In this document: piece after piece, positions 42,805 through 54,926 of the stretch
Layout: each line of letters opens with the position of its first letter
How positions within the stretch are numbered: the first letter of the stretch is position 1
NCBI GenBank assembly: GCA_934661375.1
Contig: CAKUJH010000005.1
Location: 2,498-66,497 of the forward strand
Length of the DNA stretch: 64,000 nt
Origin: an uncultured Victivallales bacterium
GTDB taxonomy: Bacteria > Verrucomicrobiota > Lentisphaeria > Victivallales > UBA1829
Direction: 5' to 3'
Translations under genes and position numbers: made by a program
The notes under the pieces: generated by a model
The model's database searches: none
What the model was told of the DNA's origin: nothing
The model's input: the letters and a program-made list of their open reading frames with translations, nothing else

Positions 42805-43718
42805 TGACTCAGCCAGCGTTCCGCGTCGATGGCGGCGGCACATCCCATGCCTGCGGCATAAACCGCCTGCCGGTATTCCGGATCGGCACAGTCCCCGGCG
42901 GCGAACACGCCGTCCATGCCGGTCCGGGATGACCGTCCCTGAAGTTTCAGACAGCCGGAGCTGTCCATGTTCAGCAGACCTTTGAACAGTTCCGTGCGCG
43001 GAATATGTCCGAGCGCGGCAAAATACCCTTTGCAGGGAATGCGGGTGAGCTGTCCGGAGGCATTGTCCCGGATTTCCACGGCTTCGACTTCGTCTTTTCC
43101 GCAGATGTCTGTGATCTGTGCGTTCAGATGAAAAATGATTTTCGGGTTGGCTTTGGCGCGTTCGGTCATGACCGCGGAAGCGCGGAAAGAGTCCCTGCGG
43201 TGAACCAGATGCACTTCGCTGGCGAAACGGGACAGGAAACAGGCTTCCTCCATGGCGCTGTCTCCGCCGCCGGCAACCACGACGGGAACACCGCGGAAGA
43301 AAGCACCGTCGCAGGTCGCGCAGGCGGAAACGCCGTGATTGCGGAACTTTTCCTCTCCGGGCAGTCCCAGCCAGCGCGGAGCGGCTCCGGTCGCGATAAT
43401 CAGCACCTGACATTTCAGTTCCCGTCCGCCTTCCAGAAACAGAGTGTGCGGACCGCCCGGAGTGAGGCTGACTTTCTGCACATTTTCATATTCGATCCGG
43501 GCGCCGAATCTTTCTGTCTGCAGAAGAAATTTCTGCATGAGTTCGGACCCGTCGACTCCGTCCGGGAATCCCGGATAATTTTCCACAACGGAAGTCTGAG
43601 TGAGCTGTCCGCCGGGCAGTGAGCCCGCCAGTACGAGCGGTTTCAATCCGGCTCTGGCGGCATAAATTGCAGCGGTCATGCCGGCGGCGCCGCATCCCAT
43701 GATGATGATTTTTTCCAT
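42801..43718 (-). CDS. trxB: thioredoxin-disulfide reductase
   Basis: GCGAAGMTAAIYAARAG, the redox-active CATC and GGGDSAMEEA are present. Confidence 0.95.
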   Translation of the reverse strand: MEKIIIMGCGAAGMTAAIYAARAGLKPLVLAGSLPGGQLTQTSVVENYPGFPDGVDGSELMQKFLLQTERFGARIEYENVQKVSLTPGGPHTLFLEGGRELKCQVLIIATGAAPRWLGLPGEEKFRNHGVSACATCDGAFFRGVPVVVAGGGDSAMEEACFLSRFASEVHLVHRRDSFRASAVMTERAKANPKIIFHLNAQITDICGKDEVEAVEIRDNASGQLTRIPCKGYFAALGHIPRTELFKGLLNMDSSGCLKLQGRSSRTGMDGVFAAGDCADPEYRQAVYAAGMGCAAAIDAERWLSQ

Positions 43719-43875
43719 AAGCGTAACCCCCCTGTTGTTTTTTTCATGCCGCAGACATTCTCCGGCATTTCAAACTGTAATATGGCATGAATCCGGTGTT
43801 CCGGCAAGTGTATTCCGGAAGAAAAACCGGATTTTTTTTCAGACCCCGCAATTTTCTTCTTCATTTTGCCATTAA

Positions 43876-47037
<3,162 letters not shown>

Positions 47038-47057
47038 GTTTCCCTGACTTTGCAAAG

Positions 47058-47096
47058 ACAGCCGTGTTCCTGCTGTGGGAATGCGGCTGTTTTTTT
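47058..47096 (+). terminator. intrinsic terminator after lacZ
   Basis: ACAGCCG (47058-47064) and CGGCTGT (47084-47090) form a stem followed by TTTTTT. Confidence 0.55.
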
Positions 47097-47159
47097 GGAA
47101 AAAATACGGTTCGGACTTTGAATCCGCGGCGGTTGCGATTATAGTACAGACAGCAAGGA

Positions 47160-48890
47160 ATGAACAGGAATTACAATATGAAAAATATGCTCATGGCAAT
47201 CTGGCGGCATTCGTCGCGGCGGGAAAAGTATCTTTTCTATCTGCTGCTGGTGCTGATGTTCATCGCCGCCAATCTGGAACTGCTGGGAATCGGTCTGCTG
47301 CTGCCGGTAGTCGCGATGCTGACCAATCCGGAACTGATTTTCCAGAATTATTATCTGGATCTGATATACCTCCTGCTGCGTCCGGCGTCCGAACGATCCT
47401 TCCTGTTTCTGCTCTGTCTGCTGATTGCGGCAGTTTATCTGCTGAAAAACGGTTTCCTGATTTTTCTGACCTGGTTTCAGTCCAAGGTACTGTTCCGGAA
47501 AACCTGCCGGCTGGCGGATTCGCTGTTCCAGGCGTATGTTTACGCTCCGTATGCCATGTATCTGAACCGCAATACTTCGGAGCTGATGGCAAACCTGAAT
47601 CTGGTGTCTTACAGCTTCAATTCCGTTCTGCTCAGTCTGCTGATGCTGCTGACCGAACTGCTGAATGTGGTGATGATTTTTGCCATGCTGTTCTTTTTCG
47701 TACCGCTGACCACTCTGGCGATTCTGGCTGTTTCGCTGTCTGTTTCGTTCCTGATTTATTTCCCCCTGCGCAAACTCAATCTCCGGCTGGGACAGGAACA
47801 TTTCGACTGTCAGAATGCGCGGACGCTGAACGAACTCCAGACGTTCAACGGTATCAAAGAGATACGGATTCGCGGCGCGGAAGAGATCTTCGCCGGACGC
47901 AACCGCAGAGCGGTGGACCGATCCGGACATCTCAGCTGTCTGATGAATCTGCTGGCGCAGCTGCCGCGCTTCCTGCTGGAAATCTCCATGGTCTGCGGCG
48001 CAATGCTTCTGCTGGCTTTGTATCTGCTGGCGGGAACCGCCAACACGTCAATTGTGCTGAAACTGTCGCTGATCGGGGCAGGGATGGTGCGGCTGATGCC
48101 TGCTCTTTCCCGGATTCAGTACCATCTGTCGAATATGCGACATCAGCAGTCAGTGGTGGATTTTGTGTTCCGCGACCTGGACACTCTGCCAGCGGAACAG
48201 CTGCAATCCGATGCCCCGCCGGTTCGTTTCGAGCATGAACTGCGTCTGGAAAATCTCAGCTTTTCCTATGAAGGTTCAGAAAAACAGGTTTTTTCCGGTT
48301 TTTCTCTGACGGTTCCGGTCAATACTTCCGTGGCATTTGTCGGACGTACCGGATGCGGCAAGACCACGCTGGCGGATCTGGTTGCCGGACTGCTGAAACC
48401 GGACAGCGGCAGAATTCTGGCGGACGGACGCGACATCCGTGAGAATCTCCGTTCCTGGCGTTCGCTGATCGGTTATGTGCCCCAGTTCATTTATATTATG
48501 GATGATACGATTCTGGCGAATATTGCCATGGGGGCGGGCGAGGATAAGCCGGATGAAGCGCGCGCGGCGGAATGTCTCCGCATGGCGCAGCTGTATGATT
48601 TTGTGGAATCTCTGCCGGACGGCATGAATACGGTGGTCGGGGAACGCGGCGCGCGGCTTTCCGGCGGACAGCGGCAGCGTCTGGGCATTGCCCGTGCGCT
48701 GTATCTCAAACCCCGTGTCCTGATTCTGGATGAAGCCACCAGCGCATTGGACAACGAAACCGAGAAAGCGTTTATTGACGCCATCGAGGTACTGCATGGA
48801 CGTCTGACTCTTTTCATCATCGCGCACCGGCTGTCGACTACGCGCGGCTGTTCGCAGATCGTGGATGTCGGAGCCGGAAAGCCGGAATAA
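47160..48890 (+). CDS. ABC exporter, fused permease/ATPase (MsbA-like type I exporter)
   Basis: An N-terminal six-helix region is followed by Walker A GRTGCGKTT, signature LSGGQRQR and Walker B ILDEATSALD. Confidence 0.85.
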   Translation: MNRNYNMKNMLMAIWRHSSRREKYLFYLLLVLMFIAANLELLGIGLLLPVVAMLTNPELIFQNYYLDLIYLLLRPASERSFLFLLCLLIAAVYLLKNGFLIFLTWFQSKVLFRKTCRLADSLFQAYVYAPYAMYLNRNTSELMANLNLVSYSFNSVLLSLLMLLTELLNVVMIFAMLFFFVPLTTLAILAVSLSVSFLIYFPLRKLNLRLGQEHFDCQNARTLNELQTFNGIKEIRIRGAEEIFAGRNRRAVDRSGHLSCLMNLLAQLPRFLLEISMVCGAMLLLALYLLAGTANTSIVLKLSLIGAGMVRLMPALSRIQYHLSNMRHQQSVVDFVFRDLDTLPAEQLQSDAPPVRFEHELRLENLSFSYEGSEKQVFSGFSLTVPVNTSVAFVGRTGCGKTTLADLVAGLLKPDSGRILADGRDIRENLRSWRSLIGYVPQFIYIMDDTILANIAMGAGEDKPDEARAAECLRMAQLYDFVESLPDGMNTVVGERGARLSGGQRQRLGIARALYLKPRVLILDEATSALDNETEKAFIDAIEVLHGRLTLFIIAHRLSTTRGCSQIVDVGAGKPE

Positions 48891-48959
48891 TTCTGTGAAA
48901 TACCATAAAAATCCGGAATAAATGTGTCTTTTCGCTGATTCCTGATTTGACTTTTGATG

Positions 48960-49002
48960 CCTGCAACGTTATAGTAACGGACAAAATCTATAACGTTGCA
49001 GG
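48960..49002. promoter_or_regulatory. 15-bp perfect inverted repeat just upstream of the LacI-family gene (operator pair or terminator/RBS-sequestering hairpin)
   Basis: CCTGCAACGTTATAG (48960-48974), a 13-nt spacer, then CTATAACGTTGCAGG (48988-49002). Each arm carries a TGCAACGTT LacI/cre-like core. Arm 2 overlaps the AGGAG before ATG 49016. Confidence 0.45.
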
Positions 49003-49015
49003 AGATTTGTTTTTC

Positions 49016-50023
49016 ATGGCGACCTTGAAAGATCTGGCGGCGGCGACCGGGTTGAGCGTATCCACGGTTTCCGTGGTCATGCGCGGCGATGCGGCGCGTT
49101 TCGGCATAAAGGATGAAACGGTGGAAACGGTTCGGAAGTCCGCATTGAAAATCGGTTATGTCAAGAATGATTTCGCCCGCGCCATGGCAAGCGGAAAAAG
49201 CCGTGTGCTGGGCTTCGTTTCCCATTCGCGCGCGTCCGTGGAATATGCCGGACGCCAGCTCTACGGCGCATTGCAGAAAGTATCGGAGCTGGGGTATTCC
49301 CTGCGGGTTTTCCATTATCAGGGAGAGAAACCGGAAGTTTTTCTGAGCGGACTGCAATCGCAGAATATTCGCGGGATTCTGCTTTCCGGAGAACTGGGAC
49401 GTGAAAATATCGACCGTCTCATGACCTGCTGCGGGGAACATGATATTTTCTGCATTCCGGTCAATCTGTCCAACCGGATCGGCGGAATTGGCGTAGTCAG
49501 TGATGATGCCGCGGGAATGTCTGAACTGGTGCAGTATCTGATCGGGGAAGGACACCGCCGGATTGCTTACTACGGCACCGGGGATGATCCGGAATATGCG
49601 CAGAAACGCCGGGATGGCTACCGGGACGCGATGAAAGAAGCCGGACTGCGGCCGCTGATCCTGCATTCGGAACAGAACGTGAGTCTGACCGCTCTGCTGC
49701 GCCGGAAAGTATCGGCAGTGGTCTGCGATTCCGATTATCTGGCTGCCCGGATGATGCAGCAGGCGTATCAGACAGGTACGGCGATTCCCGAAGAAATCAG
49801 CATCTGCGGTTTCGGCGGCATCCAGATTGCGGATTTTGCCGCCTTGCCGCTGACGACTGTTGCGCAGGATTTCGAAGGCATGGGGGCGGCAGGAGCGGAA
49901 AAACTGATTGAGAATCTGGAACATCCGCGTCGTTTTCCCGCAGGAAAAACCGAAAACATACGGCTGGCTGCCAGCCTGAAAATACAAAAAACAACCCGGA
50001 GGCTCAAACATGCACAAAGTTAA
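49016..50023 (+). CDS. LacI-family transcriptional regulator
   Basis: N-terminal HTH ATLKDLAAATGLSVSTVSVVMRG followed by a periplasmic-binding-protein-like effector domain. Start is ATG 49016. Confidence 0.85.
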   Translation: MATLKDLAAATGLSVSTVSVVMRGDAARFGIKDETVETVRKSALKIGYVKNDFARAMASGKSRVLGFVSHSRASVEYAGRQLYGALQKVSELGYSLRVFHYQGEKPEVFLSGLQSQNIRGILLSGELGRENIDRLMTCCGEHDIFCIPVNLSNRIGGIGVVSDDAAGMSELVQYLIGEGHRRIAYYGTGDDPEYAQKRRDGYRDAMKEAGLRPLILHSEQNVSLTALLRRKVSAVVCDSDYLAARMMQQAYQTGTAIPEEISICGFGGIQIADFAALPLTTVAQDFEGMGAAGAEKLIENLEHPRRFPAGKTENIRLAASLKIQKTTRRLKHAQS

Positions 50024-51947
50024 GTATGCACTGTTTTACGACAATCACACGCAGTATGAAAACCCGGACGTCGGCAAGGATTTTGACGTCGAACACTTCA
50101 CGGATGAAATCAAAAAATGCGGCGCGGATTACGTTGCGTTCCACGCCAGGTGCAACGTCGGCATGGCGTATTACGACACGAAGATCGGCATCCGGCATCC
50201 TGCCTTGAAATACGATCTGTTCGGACAACTGGCACAGGTTTGCCGGAAAAAAGACATTGCGCTGGTGGCATATCTCAACGGCGGACTCAGCACCGTCGAA
50301 AGTATTCAGCACCGTGAATGGCGGACGATCCGTATGCCGGGTCATGACGAGTTCGGCATGGTTACTCCTTTTGCCATCACAATGTGTTGCAATACACCGT
50401 ACCGGGATCATCTCATTGCCATGGTCCGTGAGATCGCCGAAAATTACCCGGTCAACGGATTTTTCCTCGACTGTCTCGGCGCGGTCCCGTGCGTTTGTCC
50501 GGAATGTGTCCGGAAAATGAAGGAGCAGGGCGTCGACTATACAGATTATGATGCCGTCATGGAATTTTCCCGTCAGTCCATCCTTCGGTTCTGCGCGGAC
50601 ATTTCCGCCGCGGTCAGGGAAATCATTCCGGATCCGATGCTGTTCTTCAACGGACCCGTGTACGGGACGGTCCGGGAGCTGGACACCTTTTTTGACTGCG
50701 AATGTCTGCCGACAGCCGGCTGGGGGTATGAATTCCTGCCGACCATGGCGCACTACATGCGCAATATCAAGCCAGGCATGCAGATTCTGAACATGACGGG
50801 ACGTTTTTATGACTGGGGCGATTTCGGCGGTCTCCGCACGGCCGAGAGTCTGAAATTCGACCTGTTCTACGGTCTCGCGCATGGCATGCGTCCGAATATC
50901 GGCGGGCATTTTCATCCGCGCGGCGACCGGGACCAGGCGGTGTTCGACCGTATCCGCGAGGTTTACGCCGACCTTCAGAAATATGACGCATGGTATGAAA
51001 ATGCTGAAAATCCGGCGGACGTTGCCATCGTGTACCCGCAGGATGATATCCCGCTGCGTCAGCTGTCGTCCGTCCGCAGTTCGGTCCGTATGCTGGATGA
51101 ACTCAAAGTGCAGTTCGATGTTCTTCTGGCGGACTGCGAAAAATCCTGGGAACAGTACAAACTCATCATTCTGCCGGAAAATGTGAAAATCACAGATCTT
51201 CTGGCGGACCGCATCCGTGAATTCATTGCCCGCGGCGGCGCGTTTTTTGCCTGCGGGAAAAATGCCGCGGAAAAATTCGGTCCGGAACTGGGTATTGAAT
51301 ATCAGGGCGATTCCGACATGGATCCGGTTTATTTCAGAATGAATCAGACTTTCGGGGAAGGGCTGGATGACATGTTCCTGTCGCTTTATGCTCCTGCTTC
51401 CAAAGCAGCGCTGAAGGATGCCCAGGCGGTTTCTTATCTGGTGAAGCCGTATTACAACCGCGGCTGGAATGGTGAATATGCTATTTATTATACTCCGCCG
51501 CAGGAAGTTACGGAAATTCCGTTCCTTACCGTGAAAGGGAAATGCGTCTGGTGTTCCGGCGATTTGTTCAGCGGTTATTATCATCGCGGCGCACTGCATC
51601 TGCGCGACATTTTCCGGAATATCGTAACGGCTCTGACCGGGAAAATGCTGTTTGTGAACGAAACTCTGCCGGCGTTTGTGCGCGCAGTGCTGTCCACTCA
51701 GCCGAACCGGCTCAACGTTCATCTGATTGCATACGCACCGGAACGCCGCGGCGAAACCACGGTGGTGGAGGATGCGGCGGCAGTGCTGGACGGCAGATTC
51801 AAGGTGCAGCTGTCCGGCCGCAAAGTCAAATCTGTCGTGCTTGCGCCCTGTGGAACTCCGCTGGAATACACGGTTGCGGATGATTACGCCGAAATTGTCA
51901 TGCCGCCGTTCAAAGGATATGCGCTGGCTGTCATTGAACTGGAATAA
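50010..51947 (+). CDS. putative glycoside hydrolase (GHL6-like barrel plus GH42-type trimerisation/GATase-like domain)
   Basis: 645 aa. FTDEIKKCGADYVAFHARCNVGMAYYDT, a Cys cluster PCVCPEC, and LIILPENV...FIARGGAFFACG resemble GHL6 plus the beta-galactosidase middle domain. Call is by eye. It overlaps the LacI gene by 14 nt. Confidence 0.5.
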   Translation: MHKVKYALFYDNHTQYENPDVGKDFDVEHFTDEIKKCGADYVAFHARCNVGMAYYDTKIGIRHPALKYDLFGQLAQVCRKKDIALVAYLNGGLSTVESIQHREWRTIRMPGHDEFGMVTPFAITMCCNTPYRDHLIAMVREIAENYPVNGFFLDCLGAVPCVCPECVRKMKEQGVDYTDYDAVMEFSRQSILRFCADISAAVREIIPDPMLFFNGPVYGTVRELDTFFDCECLPTAGWGYEFLPTMAHYMRNIKPGMQILNMTGRFYDWGDFGGLRTAESLKFDLFYGLAHGMRPNIGGHFHPRGDRDQAVFDRIREVYADLQKYDAWYENAENPADVAIVYPQDDIPLRQLSSVRSSVRMLDELKVQFDVLLADCEKSWEQYKLIILPENVKITDLLADRIREFIARGGAFFACGKNAAEKFGPELGIEYQGDSDMDPVYFRMNQTFGEGLDDMFLSLYAPASKAALKDAQAVSYLVKPYYNRGWNGEYAIYYTPPQEVTEIPFLTVKGKCVWCSGDLFSGYYHRGALHLRDIFRNIVTALTGKMLFVNETLPAFVRAVLSTQPNRLNVHLIAYAPERRGETTVVEDAAAVLDGRFKVQLSGRKVKSVVLAPCGTPLEYTVADDYAEIVMPPFKGYALAVIELE

Positions 51948-51960
51948 AATTCCACACCGG

Positions 51961-52006
51961 AAAAACAGAGATGCTGTCACAATCGAGCGGACATCTCTGT
52001 TTTTTT
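51961..52006. terminator. bidirectional intrinsic terminator
   Basis: AAAAACAGAGATG (51961-51973) and CATCTCTGTTTTT (51992-52004) form a 13-bp perfect stem including A/T runs. It lies between the convergent stops at 51947 and 52005. Confidence 0.7.
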
Positions 52007-52931
52007 ATTCGTTTTCAATGATTTCCGGAGTATGCTTCAAATTGTTTTTGAGCAGTGACAGGAAATTTTTCAGCGGCGGGGAAGCATTACTGTCGGCATA
52101 AACCGCATAGACCGGCAAAGCCGCATGACAGTCGCAGAACTGCCGGTAACAGAGCCGTTCAGAAAAAAGTCCGGCATAAGTTGCGGAAACGATGGTGATG
52201 CCCATGCCGGCTTCCACCAGACGCAATGCCGCGTAGGAACTGCTGATTTCATCCTGAATCCACGGGGAAAATCCGCCGTGTTTCATGCAGAAACTGCAGA
52301 TGTAATTCCGGAATTCCGGAGAAGTCCGCCTGGGAACCAGCAGAAAACGTTCTGTTGCCAGGTCCGCCGCCCGCAGTTCTTTCTGTTTCGCCAGACGGTG
52401 CTTGCGCGGCAGAACCACAGCCAGCGGATCGTCGTAGATTTTTTCGCAGACCAGCTCTTCATCTGCGGAAAGTTCCGGGGATGAACGCAGCAGCGCCAGA
52501 TCCAGCGCGCGTTCGCGCATCTGTTCCGACAGTCCGGTGGAGTTGGAATCAATCACTTCCATGGCGACTTCCGGATATGTTCTCTGCATTCGGAGCAGGG
52601 TGTTGGTGAATGCCGTTTTCCCCAGCATGGATGCGATGGCTCCGACGGTCAGGCGTCCGAATTTCCCTTCACCGGCGGCGCGGGCACGGCTTTCCGCATA
52701 TTTCAGCTGCCGCAGTGTTTTTTCCGCTTCCGGCAGAAATGCGCAGCCGGCGGCGGTCAGTTCCACATGCCATTTGTTGGCGCGGTGAAACAATGCGGTT
52801 CCCAGTTCTTTTTCCAGCAGCTGGATTCCCCGGCTCAGGGACGGCTGCGTTACTCCCAGTTTTTCCGCCGCACGGGCGAAATGCAGCTCTTTCGCGGTTA
52901 AGACAAAATACCGCAGTTGATTCAATTCCAT
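52005..52931 (-). CDS. LysR-family transcriptional regulator
   Basis: N-terminal HTH MELNQLRYFVLTAKELHFARAAEKLGVTQPSLSRGIQLLEKELG plus a LysR substrate-binding domain. It is divergent from a MarC-family gene. Confidence 0.9.
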   Translation of the reverse strand: MELNQLRYFVLTAKELHFARAAEKLGVTQPSLSRGIQLLEKELGTALFHRANKWHVELTAAGCAFLPEAEKTLRQLKYAESRARAAGEGKFGRLTVGAIASMLGKTAFTNTLLRMQRTYPEVAMEVIDSNSTGLSEQMRERALDLALLRSSPELSADEELVCEKIYDDPLAVVLPRKHRLAKQKELRAADLATERFLLVPRRTSPEFRNYICSFCMKHGGFSPWIQDEISSSYAALRLVEAGMGITIVSATYAGLFSERLCYRQFCDCHAALPVYAVYADSNASPPLKNFLSLLKNNLKHTPEIIENE

Positions 52932-53035
52932 TTTATTTAATGCCTTATGTGTATTGATATTCTGATTTTAATATATTGACTTTATCAGTTTTTTCAAGTA
53001 TGTTTCCGTAAAAAAAGCAAAAGGAAGTCATTTTT

Positions 53036-53650
53036 ATGGAAATCGGATTGAGGGAAGTTTTTGAAAACGGGTTTTACATGCTGGCTCTGCTGAATCCCGC
53101 CAGCAAAATCATGTTTCTGGCGTCATATCAGCCGAAACTGTCCAGACGGCGCAATTTTGAGCTGTCGTGGAAATCTTCGGCGGCGGCTCTGCTGATTCTG
53201 GTTCTGCTGGCGGCGGCAGGACAAATCATGCTGAGCCGGATTTTCCGGGTGGAACTGTATTCCCTGCAGATTACAGGCGGGCTGGTGCTGTTTGTGATCG
53301 GCTGGACCGCCATCAGCAAAGGACGCTTCATTCAGCGTCAGCAGCACGCGCTCCGGAACAATCTTACGGACATTTCGCTGGTTCCGCTGGCGGCTCCGCT
53401 GATTGCCGGTCCGGGGCTGATTGCCGCCGTAATTGCCGGCAGTGTGAAGGATGGTCTGCTGCCGACTTGCGCCGCTCTTTCGGTGGCGATTCTCATCAAT
53501 TTCATCCTGATGCTGTTTTCCGGAGCCATCAACGCATTTCTGATCCGGACTCACCTGCTGGGACCGCTGATCCGTCTGACGGGGCTGGTGATTGCAGTCG
53601 TGGCAATGCAGATGGCGATTACCGGACTGAAAACCTGTTTCAGTCTTTGA
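53036..53650 (+). CDS. MarC-family (UPF0056) integral membrane protein
   Basis: 204 aa with about six hydrophobic segments. LLNPASKIMFLASY resembles the MarC N-terminal motif. It is the second paralogue in the window. Confidence 0.75.
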   Translation: MEIGLREVFENGFYMLALLNPASKIMFLASYQPKLSRRRNFELSWKSSAAALLILVLLAAAGQIMLSRIFRVELYSLQITGGLVLFVIGWTAISKGRFIQRQQHALRNNLTDISLVPLAAPLIAGPGLIAAVIAGSVKDGLLPTCAALSVAILINFILMLFSGAINAFLIRTHLLGPLIRLTGLVIAVVAMQMAITGLKTCFSL

Positions 53651-54923
53651 GATTGTTTTTCTGCAGAATCAGTTTGTGCAGCGGCTTTTCCAGAAGCGGA
53701 CGGAACGAAGCAAACCAGCTGTCCGGTGCCTGAAAACGGAAAACCAGTTCATTCCGTTCAAACGTCAGCTGCACCAGCGGTTTTTCCGGATGCGCCAGGT
53801 CCAGACAGACAAACGGACAATCGGGAACCGGGAGATTCAACGGCTGCGGACTGCGCATCTTTTCCAGTGTTTCGCGTTCCCCCCGTTCCAATCCGTAAAG
53901 AATCAGAGCATTTTTTCCGGCGGAACAGAACAGCGGCGGAGTCCGGCGCAGCTGCCAGAGACCGGGAAACGGCGTATATCCCAACTTTTCCATTCCCTGC
54001 CGGAGAGCCGGAAAATACTCCGGCACAATTCCCAGACAAAGCCGCGCCGCCGGAGAGCCGGAATGCCGTGCCGCCAGTACGGCAAATCCGCTGACACTCA
54101 TCGTCCATTCCGGGGGAAGGACATCCCTGCCGTTCAGCCGCAGATAATTCCTGCCGTACCGGCGCAGCGCGTCCGTGGGCGGCAGCCGCAGAACCGTCAG
54201 AGTGGAAGCTCCTTCGAACGTTTTGATGGATTCTTTCGGCGGAAGCGGACGCCGCATCCAGTCCGCCAGAGCTGAACCGGGTTTGGCTTCCGCCCGCAAG
54301 GTAAGATGCAGGGTTTCGGGTTCGGCGGAGAAAGACAATCGGACGCGTTTCACTGCCGCCGCCAGTTCTTCCGTTCCGCGCAGAAGCAGGCGTGTGGAAT
54401 TTTCAGGCGGCTTGCGCTTTCCTGCGGGCAGGTTCATGATCCGCAGAATTTCCGGATCCGCTTCCGCCTGGAGCAGTTCTCCGGACTGCAATGCCGAACC
54501 AGGCGGAAAAGCAGGAACCGGGCATGAACGGAGATCTTCGGTGAAAAACAGAATCATGTTTCCGGTTCGCCGGACAGAAAATCTGGCGTTCCACAGCTTC
54601 GCTGAACTGCGCATGTCTTCTTTTGACGGCAGGGCATGAGCAAAGATCCGCATGGACGGCGTTTTTCCCAACCCGTAGATTTCAATAATCAGCGGCCGGG
54701 TCAAATCCATGCCGTATTGCGCCGCTCCCATGGTCAGAACCACAGTCGCCGCCGCCAGACTGTCCTTGAATTTCGGTGCGATGCAGTCGCCCAGCCGGGA
54801 AAGGGAACTGGAAACCTGCGGGACGGACGCCGCTTCAAAACGCAGCAGCGGAAAGCGTTCCTGTGCCGCCGCGGCGGTTGAAAACAGCAGGAAAAGACCG
54901 GGCAGGATATTCCGCAGTTTCAT
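53640..54923 (-). CDS. secreted hypothetical protein
   Basis: 427 aa with a signal peptide MKLRNILPGLFLLFSTAAAAQE and no motif I recognise. Its start lies 3 nt after the rsmB stop. Confidence 0.5.
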   Translation of the reverse strand: MKLRNILPGLFLLFSTAAAAQERFPLLRFEAASVPQVSSSLSRLGDCIAPKFKDSLAAATVVLTMGAAQYGMDLTRPLIIEIYGLGKTPSMRIFAHALPSKEDMRSSAKLWNARFSVRRTGNMILFFTEDLRSCPVPAFPPGSALQSGELLQAEADPEILRIMNLPAGKRKPPENSTRLLLRGTEELAAAVKRVRLSFSAEPETLHLTLRAEAKPGSALADWMRRPLPPKESIKTFEGASTLTVLRLPPTDALRRYGRNYLRLNGRDVLPPEWTMSVSGFAVLAARHSGSPAARLCLGIVPEYFPALRQGMEKLGYTPFPGLWQLRRTPPLFCSAGKNALILYGLERGERETLEKMRSPQPLNLPVPDCPFVCLDLAHPEKPLVQLTFERNELVFRFQAPDSWFASFRPLLEKPLHKLILQKNNLKD

Positions 54924-54926
54924 GGT

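Noticed and set aside
42805-43413. Upstream 200-codon extension of the EEP-family ORF (track 42064-43413)
   Set aside because: It overlaps trxB in another frame with an Arg/Ser-rich nonsense translation. The EEP homology starts at MKFLIYNIAYG (ATG 42804), which overlaps the trxB stop as ATGA.
53640-53650. 11-bp overlap of convergent MarC-family and unknown secreted-protein genes as a possible mis-call
   Set aside because: Both ORFs are otherwise well supported (membrane topology, and signal peptide plus operon context). Short convergent overlaps are common, so both were kept.
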